64,000 nucleotides of DNA from the human T2T-CHM13v2.0 reference genome, Homo sapiens, in the NCBI RefSeq assembly GCF_009914755.1, contig NC_060927.1; one strand, 5' to 3'. Below are positions 1 through 12,190 of this stretch, one piece after another. The notes beneath the pieces are model-generated. The model had not been told where the DNA came from. It saw nothing but the letters and a program-made list of their open reading frames with translations, and did not search any database. Each line of letters begins with the position of its first letter. The first letter of the stretch is position 1. Made by a program: the position numbers and the translations under genes.

Positions 1-195
1 GTATTCCTGCCTATGTCATTTCTCTGTGAGGTTTTCATTTGGAGTCTTGATATGAAGCCACTTGATCTATATCACTTTTTAAAATTTAACCCCACTCTAC
101 ATTATTTATAAGTCAAAATTAGACATAATTAAAATACATTGAACAGATTCCTACAAGTAATTACATTATGGTCCTATAACTATTGGCTTCCTTAG

Positions 196-230
<35 letters not shown>

Positions 231-528
231 GTTGTTGTTGTTTTGTTTTGTTTTTTTGAGACGGAGTCTCACTCTGTCGCCCAGGCTGGAGTGCAGTGGC
301 AGTGATCTCGGCTCACTGCAAGCTCCGCCTCCTGGGTTCACGCCATTCTCCTGCCTCAGCCTCCTGAGTAGCTGGGACTACAGGCGCCCGCCACCATGCT
401 CGGCTAATTTTTTGTATTTTTAGTTTCACCGTGTTAGCCAGGATGGTCTCGATCTCCTGACCTCATAATCCGCCCACCTCGGCCTCCCAAAGTGCTGTGA
501 TTATAGGTGTAAGCCACCGCGCCCAGCC
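196..528 (-). mobile_element. AluY with (GTTTT)n/(GTT)n-derived tail and an 11-bp internal deletion
   Basis: Reverse-complement Alu body 258-528 with AluY motifs (gcaagctccgcctcc, ttcacgccattctcc, accgtgttagccaggatggtctcgatc); T-rich tail 196-257. Confidence 0.93.
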
Positions 529-1019
529 ACATTGGTTTTAAGAAATATTAAACAACTTTAGAGAAATTCTTCCTTTCTGCTTTATTTCTGGAAATGTGAT
601 CTTTTGCATTCCAATAATAGAAGCAGTTTGATTACACTTCCAGTGCATATCGTCAGGCTTTATCATATTCACTTTGTATCTTGCATTTGAAAATTTTTTT
701 TCCCTACAAAATGACTTATTAAGTATGGAATTCCACTATACAAATATCCTTTTTTGTATGATTTTAATTACTCTTATTAACTTGATGTCAAAACCTGCCA
801 CGGGAAGTTTTCTAAATGTTAACTATTGTAATTTTCATCCACTTGTAAATATGTCTTCCAAATGATGACTATTCACTTAAATCTTTGTATGTAATATGGT
901 AAATACATATATATATTATGTATAATATATAAAAATATATATAGATTTCATTTATATTTTAGCAGTTTTAAAACATAATAATTAAAACATAAATAACATT
1001 AATTGCATGATTACTCTTT

Positions 1020-1200
1020 CAGGACATGTTTTACATATATTGACATGTACAATGTTCACAACAATGTTATGAAGTATGCCCTCATGTTAACATTTTACAG
1101 GTGAGGAATCTAAAACCCAGACAAATAATTTTTCCAAATTATGAGATTATTAAGGTGGCAAAACAGGAATATGAACCAAGACCATAAGTTTCCAGAGTCA
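1020..1200 (-). mobile_element. MIR fragment
   Basis: cattttacaggtgaggaatctaa matches the reverse-complemented MIR core. Confidence 0.6.
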
Positions 1201-1491
1201 GTTCCCCAGATAATCACACAAATTTGTTCTTAGAGTGAAGAGTTCATAATATTAGAACATTTACTTACTGTATGATATGGTAACATCTAACATGAATATA
1301 AAGTTTCAGAGTTAACGTTAAAACATTTTAAATTTATATTCAGCTGTATTCACAGAGAAAACTAATAGTAACATTTATTTTAGCCTTCTTATTAGTAATG
1401 CTAACACTGGCTGAGCATGTATATTAAAGCCACTTGCCAGGAAACTTTACATATACTATCTTACCACATTTAACATACATGCTTACCTTAT

Positions 1492-1793
1492 TATTACAGA
1501 CTCCTTGGGATGTTGCTTTGCCAGCCTGAATCCTCTGTGACCAGTGGCATCTTTGCCCAAGTTTTCTAGGGCCCGCTGAGCTCATTCTGTCCACTCAGCC
1601 TGGCAGGGTACGCTCAGCGCACATTACTGGCCTGGATCCCACACAGGCCAAGGATGAGCCAGGTGCAGAGTGGCGAGGGACATGTGAGTGGACATGGGGT
1701 CCAGCCACGGGCTCATCAAGGTACACTGGCTGCAATGAGGCAGGTAGCTCCAGGTGCTGGCCTGGGCACTGGCTCCCTGTGCAGCTGTGACTG
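1492..1793 (-). mobile_element. MER52-family ERV1 LTR, 3' part (interrupted by LTR12C)
   Basis: tattacagactccttgggatgttgctttgccagcc resembles the reverse complement of the MER52 3' terminus; the sequence continues after the LTR12C TSD. Confidence 0.75.
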
Positions 1794-2931
1794 TGAGAGG
1801 TGACAGCGTGCTGGCAGTCCTCACAGCCCTCGCTCGCTCTCGGCGCCTCCTCTGCCTGGGCTCCCACTTTGGCGGCACTTGAGGAGACCTTCAGCCCACC
1901 GCTGCACTGTGGGAGCCCCTTTCTGGGCTGGCCAAGGCCGGAGCCGGCTCCCTCAGCTTGCAGGGAGGTGTGGAGGGAGAGGCGGGAGCGGGAACCGAGG
2001 CCACGCCCCGCGCTTGCCGGCCAGCTGGAGTTCCGGGTGGGCTTGGGCTTGGCGGGCCGCGCACTCGGAGCAGCCGGCCGGAGCAGCCGGCCGGCCCTGC
2101 CGGCCCCGGGCAATGAGGGGCTTAGCACCCAGGCCAGCGGCTGCAGAGGGTGTACTGGGTCCCCCCAGCAGTGCTAGCCCATCGGCGCTGCGCTCGATTT
2201 CTCGCCAGGCCTTAGCTGCCTTCCCGTGAGGCAGGGCTCAGGACTTGCAGCCTGCCATGCCTGAGCCTCCCACCCTCTCCGTGGGCTCCTGAGCGGCCGA
2301 GACTGCTGGATGAGCGCAGCCCCCTGCTCCACCGGCCCAGTCCCATCGACTACCCAAGGGCTGAGGAGTGCCGGCGCAGGGCGCGGGATTGGCAGGCAGC
2401 TTCACCTGCAGCCCCAGTGCGGAATCCACTGGGTGAAGCCAGCTGGGCTCCTGAGTCTGGTGGGGATGTGGAGAACCTTTACCTCTAGCTCAGGAATTGT
2501 AAAGGCACCAATCAGCGCCCTGTCAAAACAGACCACTGGGCTCTACCAATCAGCAGGATGTGGGTGGGGCCAGATAAGAGAATAAAAGCAGGCTGCCCCA
2601 GCCAGCAGTGGCAACACCCGTGGGTCCCGGTCCCCTTCTACACTGTGGAAGCTTTGTTCTTTCGCTCTTTGCAATAAATCTTGCTGCTGCTCACTCTTTG
2701 GGTCTGCACTGCCTTTATGAGCTGTAACACTCACAGCGAAGGTCTGCAGCTTCACTCCTGAGCTGGCAAGACCAGGAACCCCACCAGAAGGAAGAAACTC
2801 CGAACACATCCAAACATCAGAAGGAACAAACTCCGGACATGCCACCTTTAAGAACTGTAACACTCACTGCGAGGGTCCACAGCTTCATTCTTGAAGTCAG
2901 TGAGACCAAGAACCCACCAATTCCGGACACA
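1794..2931 (+). mobile_element. Solo LTR12C (ERV9 LTR) with 4-bp TSD ACTG
   Basis: Starts TGAGAGGTGACAGCGTGCTGGCAGTCCTCACAGCC, ends CCAATTCCGGACACA; ACTG at 1790-1793 and 2932-2935. Confidence 0.95.
2508..2590 (+). promoter_or_regulatory. LTR12 proximal promoter motifs (CCAAT x2, GT box, GATA, AATAAAA TATA-like)
   Basis: CCAAT 2508 and 2546, GGGTGGGG 2562, AGATAA 2572, AATAAAA 2581; matches the known ERV9 U3 promoter layout. Activity not shown. Confidence 0.65.
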
Positions 2932-2935
2932 ACTG

Positions 2936-4204
2936 GACCAGGCGTACTGCAAGCAGCTTCCACTGTTGACATCGAGGAATACAGTGGCACCTGGAATCTC
3001 AGAGATGCCAGGAACTGCAGAGGCACAAAGAAGGTGTCACAGCCCTAGCCTGGGGAGCTCCTAGGTCTGGGCTCCCGGCAGGGCTTAGGTCTTCTCTCCC
3101 TCTCTCTTCTATCTTTCTTGTTGCCTGCAATGTGGTGAGTAAGGGATGTGTTTTAACCCTGTTTGTGTTACAGCTCCTTTAACCCCACCATTTGGCAGGT
3201 CCCAAGTTCTTGTCCTGCATCCAGGAAGAATGAGGTATGCAGACCAGTGGAGTGTGAGCAAGGTAAAGAGGAGCTTTACTGAGTGACAAAACGGCTCAGA
3301 GGAGACCCTCACTGGGTAGCTCCTCTCTACATGCAGGGTCTCCCAATTGTTCCAGCTCTCTGCAAAGAGGAGACCTTTGAGTGGGTAGCTTCTCTCCACA
3401 GGCAGGTCATCCCGTTGGGCATTCAGCTCTCATCAGAGAGGAGACCATGGAGTGGGTAGCTCCTCTCTGCAGCTGGTCACCACATCCTCTCTTTGGTTCT
3501 CAGCAGAAAGGTGGTCCTGGGATAGATAGCTTCTCTCTGCAGCTGATTTTCTCATCATCTCCTCAAGTCTGTGTGAGTCCACGGCTTTTATGGGCCTCAG
3601 AGGGGAGGAAGTGCACACTGATTGGTCCATGGGTGGCCATGGGCAGGACTGGAAAAAGCACCACAAGTATCTACTCTCGTCTGTGGGATTGGCTGCCTGG
3701 CCCCTAGGCTTCAGGCCCTCCCTGGCTTGAAGGTGAGGCTTCACCAGAGATCTGCCCCCTCCCACCCAGGAACCTGTCTGCCTCCTGCTGTCAGTTCATA
3801 GCGTCCAGGCTGTTTGTGACATGGGGTGCATGCAGACCTGTCCTGAGCTGCCTTCAACACCTCCTGGGCCTCTCTCCTGTGTTTGTCAGTACCCAAAGTC
3901 CTGAGAGGGCTGCAGCAGCAGGGGGCTGGCATGTCAGTACTGCCTCAAGTGTACATACACCTGGCTAGACTGCTACAGTGCCTGGGCTTGGCGCCAAACT
4001 TGCTTTGAGATTGGAGTGGGCACTGGGAGTGGGGAGATGTCAGGCAGTGGGAGCAGATACCTCCCAGCCTGTGGAGACAGGACCCTGAGAGTGCAGAGGT
4101 GCCTGGGTCCACAGCCACAGCTTGGTCAGCTGCAGGTGCACCCAGGAAGGTGGGGCTTCTACCTGTTCTTGGCTCCTGTTGGCCCTGTGGAGCATGCAGC
4201 CCAG
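2936..4204 (-). mobile_element. MER52-family ERV1 LTR, remainder (extreme 5' end missing)
   Basis: MER52-like motifs (gtcccaagttcttgtcctgcatccaggaagaatgaggt, repeated gggtagctcctctct, attggtccatgggtggccatgggcagg); stops abruptly at L1 ORF1 sequence. Confidence 0.75.
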
Positions 4205-4984
4205 TTCTTTGTACTTCCTGTATTTGGATATCTAAATCTCTAGCAAGGCCAGGGATGTTTTCCTCAATTATTCCCTCAAATGAGTTTTCCAAAATTTTAC
4301 ATTGTCTTCTCCCTCAGGAACATGAGTTATTTTTAGGTTTGGTCATTTTACATAATCCCATGTTTCTTGGAAACTCTGTTTATTTCTTTGTTTCTCTTTT
4401 CTTTACTTTTGTCTTTCTGGGTTAATTCAAAAGCCTTGTCTTCAATCTCTGAAAATCTTCCTTCTACTTTTTCTAGTTTATTGTTAAAAATTTCTACTGC
4501 ACTTTTGAATTCCCTAAGTGTGTCATTCATTTCCAGAAGTTTGATTATTTTTTCTTTAAAATATCTCTTTAGAAAATGTTTATTTATTTCCTATTTTTTT
4601 AAAATTTATTTATGTTGATTTTCACCTTTCTTTGGTATATCCTTGAGTATCCTAATAATCAACCTTATGAATTTTTTGTATGGTATTTTAAAAAATTTAT
4701 CACTCTTTGGATTCATTTCTGAAGAGCTAGTGTGATTTTTTGCTGTGGGGGGTGTTACAGAACTCTGTTTTGTCCTATTACTAGAATTATGTTTCTGGTC
4801 CTTCTCATTTGGGTAGACTATTTCTCCTAATTATTCTTGAGTTTATTTTTAATTTGGATTTTTTTAAATCTATGTTTTCCCTTTAGAATGTGACTTTAAT
4901 GTATATATTTTACTGTAGCCTATTTTGGCTCTTAATTGTTTCAGGGGTGAAGACTCTGTTTGAGTTCCTTGGTTATGGACAGAC
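4205..4984 (-). mobile_element. Old primate L1 (L1PB/late L1PA type) ORF1 N-terminal and 5'UTR fragment
   Basis: Minus-strand ORFs give ORF1p-like peptides ENSFEGIIEENIPGLARDLDIQIQEVQRT and LEKVEGRFSEIEDKAFELTQ. Confidence 0.85.
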
Positions 4985-5169
4985 TGTATTAGTCAGAGTT
5001 CTCTAGAAGGACAGAACTAATAGGATAGATGTATATATGAAAGGGATTTTATTAAGGATTATTGACTCACAATCACAAGGTGAAGTCCCACAATAGGCCA
5101 TCTGCAAGCTGAGGGGCAGAAAGTCAGTGGGAATCCCAAAAACTCAAAAGTAGGGAAGCAGAGAATGCT
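4985..5169 (-). mobile_element. MLT2A-type (HERV-L) LTR fragment, truncated
   Basis: tgtattagtcagagttctctaga...aaggtgaagtcccacaataggccatctgcaagctgagg; homologous to the LTRs at 46716 and 49250. Confidence 0.85.
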
Positions 5170-8100
5170 ATATAGTTTTTATTATAGACATCATTCAATT
5201 CTTTCATTACGTTAACTTCAAGGTATTTTATTATATTCATAGTACTGTATATGGAATTAGTATTTTGATTACATTTTCAGCCTCTTTGCTATTGGTATAT
5301 TAAACTGTTAATGTTGGTTGCATGCTAGATTTTGTATCTTGCAAAATTACTACATTTGTTTATTGGTTCTAGTAGTTTTTAGTGTTTAGGTTTTTTCTTT
5401 GGTTTTTTTATTATAATGTTTAGGGTACATGTGCACAACGTGCAGGTTTGTTACATATGTATACATGTGCCATGTTGGTGTGCTGCACCCATTAACTCTT
5501 CATTTAACATGAGGTATATCTCCTAATGCTATCCCTCCCCCCTCCCCCCACCCCACAACAGGCCCCGGTGTGTGATGTTCCCCTTCTTGTGTCCATGTGT
5601 TCTCATTGTTCAATTCCCACCTATGAGTGAGAACATGCGGTGTTTGGTTTTTTGTCCTTGCGATAGTTTCCTGAGAATGATGGTTTCTAGCTTCATCTAT
5701 GTCCCTAATAGAAGATCATACTATCCACATACACATACAAAAATAATGATTTGATTTATTTCTTTCCAATCTGGATGCCCTTTATTTCTTTTTTTTCTGA
5801 TTACTCCATTTAGGACTTTCAATGCTATGTTGAATTATAGTCATGAAACTGGACATTCTTGTTGTGTTCCATACCTTAAAGGAAAGGCTGGAGTTTTTTT
5901 TTTACTCAATTAGTGTGATACTAGCTGTTGGTCTGTCACATATGGCTTTTATTGTGTAGAGGTATTTTCCTTCTATACTCAAGCTTTTGAGGGTTCGTAT
6001 CAAGAAGAGATGTTGAATTTTACCAAATGCTTTTTTAGCCTCAATTGAAATTATCATGTGGATTTTGTCCCTCATTTTCTTTACATAATGTGTCACATTT
6101 ATTGATTTGCATATGTTTAAACATCCTGCATCCCTGGGGAAAAATCCCAATTTGTCATAATGAATGACTTTTTTAATGTGTTGGTGATTTGGTTTGCTAT
6201 TATTTTTTGAGAATTTTTACATCAATGTTCATAAAAAATATTGGCCTGTAGTTTTCATTTTCGATGTGTCTTCATCTAGTTTTGGAATCAGCATAATATT
6301 GGATTCATACAATAAAGTTTTTTATTTAAAATGTTTCTACTTATTTGATGTAGGTGATTTTGATTGTAAACTTTCTCATTAGTACAGCTTTTGCTGTATC
6401 TCATAGGTTTTCATGTGCGGTGTTTCCATTATCATTTGTTTCAGGAAGTTTTTAAATCTCCTTTTCAATTTACTTATTAATTCACTGGTCATTCAGGAGC
6501 ATGTGGTTCAATTTCTATGTATTTGTATAGTTTCTAAAATTTCTCTTGTTATTGATTTCTAGTTTTATTTCACTGTTTTCAGAGAAGCTACTTGATATAA
6601 TTTCAGTGATTTTTAATTTTTCAAGATTTGTTTTGTGGATAACATATGGTATATAATGTAGCCTTGAGAATGATCCATGTGCTGAGAAGAAGAATGTGTA
6701 TGCTGCAGCTTTTGGATAAAATGTTCTGTAAATATCCATTATGTTCATTTGGTCTGGAGTATAGATTAAATCTATAGTTTCTTTTTGGATTTTCTGTGTC
6801 CGTAATCTCACCAAAGTTGAAAGTGAAGTGCTGAAGTCTCCAGCTATTATTGTATTGGGGTCTCTCTCTTTGTCTTTGTTAATATTTGCTTTTTAAATCA
6901 GGTATTCTAATGTTGGGTGCATATATATTTGCAATTTTTTATCCTGTTCAATGGATGTGTTTATCATTATATAATGACCTTCTTCGTATCTTTCTGAAAT
7001 TTCTGTCTTGAAATCTATTTAATCTAAGTATGGCCATTGCTACTTTTTTAAAAAAATCCATTTGCATGTAATATTTTTTTCCATCCATTTATTTTCAGAT
7101 TGTGTTTGTCTTTATAGGTGAATTGTGTTTCTTGTAGGCAACAGATTTTTGGATTTTTTAAAAACCTTCATTCACTCTATTTGTTTTCACTGAGGATTTA
7201 GTTGATTAACATTTATTGTTATTGTTAAAAAGTATGGACTTACACGTCATTTTGCAGTTTTCTTTTATTGTTTTGTGGTCTTGTGTTCCTCCTTTTCTTT
7301 CTTTCTTTCTGTGTTCCTTTTAGTAAAGGAAAGGTGATTTTCTCTTTTCCTGCTTTTTGATTTTATGTATCTGTCGTATGTTTTTGATTTGAGGTTACCA
7401 TGTGGCTTTCAAATAAAATATAGTAACCCATTATTTTAAGCTGATGACTATTTAGCACTGATTGGATAAACAAACAAGCAAAGAGAAAATTGATACATTA
7501 TTTATACTTTAACTTTTCCACCCCAATTTTTAACTTTTTGTTGTCTGTACTTATATCTTACTATAGGGTCCATGTCTTGAAAAGTTGTTGTAGTTATTAC
7601 TTTGATAGGCTAATTTATTAGTCTTTTTACTCACGATATGGGTAGTTTATGGACCACAATTACGGTGTTATACTATTCTGTGTTTTTCTTTGTTCTTACT
7701 ATTATCAGAGAGTTGTGTACCTTCAGATGACTTTCTACTGTTCATTGATGTCCTTTTCTTTCAGACTGAAGAATTTTCTTTAGCATTTCTTGTAGGTCAA
7801 GTCCTCTGGTGAAAACATCTTTCAGCTTTTGCTAGTCTGGGAAAGTCTTTACTACTCTTTCTTGTTTGAAGGATATTTTTGCTGGATGTACTATTCTAGG
7901 ATGAAAGTTATTTTCTCCTTCTGTACTTTAAATATGTCATGCCATTCTCTCCTGGCCTCTAAGGCTTCCACTGAGAATTCTACTACCAGATACATTGGAT
8001 CTCCATTACATGTCATTTCTTTCTTTTCTCCTGCTGCCTTTAGGATTATGTCTTCATCCTTGCCTTTTTGGAGTTTTATTATTAAATGTCTTGAGGTCTT

Positions 8101-9889
8101 GAGGGGGGTTATATTGGCTTAGTGCATTCTTTAGTATGTCAATTCACTTTTCAGTTCCAGAATTTCTGCTTGATTCTTTAAATTATATTAATCTCACTGT
8201 TAAATTTATCTTTCAGGCTTCTGAATTCCTTCTCTGTATTATCTTGAATTTTTTTGAATTTCCTCAAAACAGCTATTTTTGAATTTTCTGTCTGAAAGTT
8301 CATATAGCTCTGTTTCTCCATGTCCATGATTGGTCCTTCATGCTTTATTTAGGGTTTTTTTAATTTTTTTTTTTTTTATTGGTGAGAGCATGCTATTCTG
8401 GATGGTCTTGATCCTTTTGGATGTTTTTTGGTATCGAGGAATTGAAGAGTTAGGTATTCATTTTAGTCTTCACATTCTGGACTTTTTAGACCTGTCTTTC
8501 TTAGGAAGACTTTCCAGATATTCATAGGGACTTGAGGGTTGTGATCTAAGTTTTTGGTCACTGCAGTCATACCTACATTAGGGACATCCCAATCTCTGCA
8601 ATGCTGTGATTCTTGCAGACTAACAGAGGTATTGCCTTGGAAGTCTTTGGTAAAATCCAGATGAATTCTCTGGATTATCAGGTAGAAGCTCTTGTTTTCT
8701 TCTTTTTTTCCCCCCTAAACAAGCAGTCACTCTCTCTATGCTGAACTGCCTAGAGCTGGGCAAGGGATGACACAAGCACCCTTATGGCAATTACCACATA
8801 GGCTGTGCTAGATCAGACCTGACACCAATACAGCAGTTGTGTTCTTCCCTTCATGGTGGCAAATTCTCCCTGGTCTTTGGTAGATCCAGAGATGTCATTT
8901 GAGAGCCAGGTTCTGAATTTGGAAATGATAGGAATCTACCTGGTGCTCTGTTCTACTGCTGCTGAGCAGGCACCCAAGCCACAAGCAGAATTGTTTTGTT
9001 TTTTTTTTTCCATTCTTATATTCCCTTTTCATTAGCAGAGTAGTCTCTCCCCATGGCCACCACCAACCCGGGCTCATCATGAGTACTGCTTGGTACTACA
9101 AGTGTTCATTTAAAAACCAAGGGTTCTTCTTTAGCCAGGTTATCATGAATACCTCCAAGCCTGGGACCGTCCCTTCAGGCCAGTGGGATCTTCTCTGGCA
9201 CAGGGCAGGTGTAGAAATGCTTGAATGGGAGCATTCAAGAACCCATGCCTTCAATGGGGGTCCCCAAGAGCCTGCTTGGTTTTCTACCCCACTTTGTCCA
9301 GGCTGCTACTTATGGTGCAGTACAAAGTCTTCTTCAATTTTCTGTTTGTATTTGTTAAATGGAAGGAATTTTTCACTGTAGCCACCACAGCTTGGAATGT
9401 GCTGGGTCATGCCTAAAGCCAGCAAGTCTTAGAGTCTCACCCAAAGCCTATAGCGAGTAATACATGAGTACCAATGCTGATTATTCAGAGCACAAAGCTG
9501 TTAGTTGGTAGGTGTTGAATCCTGCCTAGACTGACTCCTTTCCTTAAAGGCAGTGGATGGATACCCTTCTGGACCAGGGTGTGTCATTTGGGAGCTAGGT
9601 CCTGGCATGGGGGCGTCAAAATTCTGCCTATGAGCTCTATCGTACTGTGAGTGAGTTGGTATCAGAGTTGTAAGCAAAGTTATCTTTCCTCTTCCCTCTC
9701 CTGTCCTCAAAGGAAAGGAAGGATTCTCTCAGAGGTGTGAGCTCTGCTGCCTGCAGATGGTGGAAGGGTGATGCAAGCATTCTTTGGCTGCGTGGACTGG
9801 TGTCTCACTAATTTGCATGCCCCCAAGCCTGCTGGCTTCAAGCCTTGCCCAGCACTAGGAATTGCCCGTGTATTTCAGTCCTTGTGGCC
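5170..9889 (-). mobile_element. Old L1 (L1MA/L1M1-2 type): 5'UTR, ORF1 and 5' two-thirds of ORF2, with internal deletions
   Basis: ORF2p-like peptides (5902-6150 RT region; 6515-6814 EN region), ORF1 at about 7800-8400, long GC-richer 5'UTR at about 8400-9890. Confidence 0.85.
5391..5706 (-). mobile_element. L1PA4/5-like 3' end, 5'-truncated, inserted in the old L1
   Basis: agggtacatgtgcacaacgtgcaggtttgttacatatg...ttcatctatgtccct; host ORF2 resumes afterwards. Confidence 0.9.
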
Positions 9890-10267
9890 TGTGTATTTAT
9901 TTTGTATCATGCACTTTTACTCAATTCATGTACTTGCTCTAAGAGCTTTTTGGTGGAGTCTTTGGGGTTTTATATAAATAAGATCTTGTCATCTGCAAAC
10001 AGAGACAGTTTTACTTATATTTTTCATATTTGGATATCTTTTATTGCCCAATTACTCTGGCTGGTGCTTCCAGTACTACATTGAATAGAAGTGGCAAGAG
10101 TTGGCATTCTTGTCTTATTCCTGATCTTGGAGAAAAAGATTTCTATATGATGTTACCTCTGAGCTTGTCAGGAAAGCCTTTTATTATGTTAAGGTACATT
10201 TCTTCATATTTAATTAGTTTAGAATTCTAATCAGAAAGGGATGCTGAAGTTTTCCAAATGCTTTTCA
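9890..10267 (-). mobile_element. L1M ORF2 (RT) fragment, inverted relative to the adjacent 3' segment
   Basis: aagatcttgtcatctgcaaacagagac is the reverse complement of the LFADD region. Confidence 0.85.
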
Positions 10268-10403
10268 ATCATAAAATATCCCCAAAAGCCAAAGCGATAT
10301 TGAGCAAAAAGAACAAGCCTGGAGGAATCACACTATTGATTTTAGAATATATTATAAAGATATAGTATAAAGACAGTATAGTACTTATAGTATCAAAGCA
10401 GGC

Positions 10404-10434
<31 letters not shown>

Positions 10435-11877
10435 GCGCACACACACACACATATATATTGTATATCAGATGAGAAAATCCTCAAATAAACCCACAGATAT
10501 ATGACTAATTTCTGGCAAGCATTCCAAGAACATACAATAGACAAAGGAAAGCCTCTTTAGTTAATGGGTTGGGAAAACTGGATATCCACATGTAGAATAA
10601 CTAAACCACATTCTTGGCTTACACCATATGGAAAAATCTCTAAGTGGATTAAGGACTGAAACTGTAAAACTCCTAGAAGAAAATATAATGATAAAGTTTC
10701 TTGATTATAGTGATGGGCTGTGATTTTTTCCATACAACTCAAAAAGCATAGGAAACAAAAAGGAAAATAGACAAATGGAATTTCATCAAATTTTAAAGCT
10801 CCTGCACAGCAAAAAAAAAATCAATAGATTAAAGAGACAACTTATAGAGTGGGACAAATTATTTGGTAGTCATACATCTGATGATATGTTAATATCCAAT
10901 ATTTATAAGAAATATGAGCAACTCTATTGCAAGGAAACAAATAACCTGATTTAAAAAATAGTCAAAGGACCTGCATAGACATTTCTCAAAGAAGGCTTAT
11001 GGCCAACAGATATATAAAAATTGCTCAACGCTAATCACCAGCAAAATGCCAGTCAAAACCATAGTACAAAATATATTTGTTGACAAGAATGTGCCGAAAA
11101 GGGAATTTTTGTGCATTTTTAGAAGGGAATACAATTGGAGCAGCCATGGTGTAAAATAGTATGGAGATTCCTCAAAAAAATAAATATAAAACTACTATGA
11201 TGCAGCAATATCCCTTTGGAGAAAAAATTCAAAAGAAATACCATGAAATTGTAAAAGAGATATTTGCACATACATGTTTATTGATGCATTATTCACAATA
11301 TCCAAGATATGGAATCGACCTATGTGTCCATTGATGGATACATGTATAAAGAAAATTACACACATGTTAAAGTAGTTTTCAATCTTAAAAAAGAAGGAAA
11401 CACTGCCACTTATGGCAATATGAATGAACCTGGAGAATATTATGCTAAGTGAAATAAACTAGGCATAAAAAGACAAATGCTGCATGCTGTCACTTATATG
11501 TGGAAGCAAAACAAAATCAAATATATAGAAGCAAAGAGTAGAATAGTGATTGTGAGGAGTGGGGAGGTGGGGAAATGGGAAGATACTGATCAAAGGGAAC
11601 AAAGTTTCAACTAGGCAAGATTAGTGAATACATATAATATACAGCATGGTGACTATAATTAATACTAAATTGTTTATTGGAAATTTGCTAAGACAGTAGA
11701 TTTAAAAGTTCTCACAACACACACACAGACAAGATATGAAGTAATGGATATGTTAATTAGCTCCATTATACTAATAATTTCACAATGTATGCATATATCA
11801 AAACATTACATTATATACTGTCACTGTAAATATGTACATTTATTTTGTCAACTATACATCAATAATGCTAGAAAAAT
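10268..11877 (+). mobile_element. L1MA8/9-like ORF2 C-terminus and 3'UTR
   Basis: gcaaaaagaacaagcctggaggaatcacact... through a 3'UTR ending tcaactatacatcaataatgctagaaaaa. Confidence 0.85.
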
Positions 11878-11994
11878 GTATTATAAATGTGATTAAGTTT
11901 CTGACTGAATTTGGAAAAAGAAAGTTAAATTTAATGAAAAACTAAAATTAATTAAAATTATCAATTACACAGCCTTCTTCCAGATATCCACGGG

Positions 11995-12190
11995 GGCAGC
12001 TTCCTCATTTTTTTTCAAGTTTTTACTTAAATGTCATTCATTTAGCAAAGACTTTTCTACCTCTTTATTTAAAAGTGACATCTAGGCCTCCACCTGCACC
12101 TTTCTATTTCAATACCCTGCCCTATTTTTCATATTCTTTGTTGCATTTATCACCTTTACTTATTTAGCATATTTGTTATACATATCTTTT
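11995..12190 (+). mobile_element. L2 3' fragment
   Basis: ttcaagtttttacttaaatgtcattc...gcatttatcacct resembles the L2 3' region. Confidence 0.45.

Noticed and set aside
199-423. Alu-derived ORFs (also 24664, 26579, 29630, 63610, 63706)
   Set aside because: Standard spurious Alu translations.
410-432. Deletion in the AluY left arm suggesting AluYd
   Set aside because: The 11-bp loss (CCCGTCTCTAC) is at a different position from the AluYd diagnostic deletion as I recall it; probably private.
1595-4425. Cluster of 100-177 aa ORFs on both strands
   Set aside because: They lie in GC-rich LTR12C/MER52 sequence with few stop codons and show no recognisable domain; 3945-4292 is merely an L1 ORF1/MER52 junction read-through.
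9079-9700. Internal repeat units (cttc..gccag/gcagtgg...cagggc) in a GC-richer block, possible CRISPR-like or novel array
   Set aside because: These are degenerate tandem units of an old L1M 5'UTR, with similar units at 46450-46710 and 49850-50050; there is no repeat-spacer structure and the DNA is primate.
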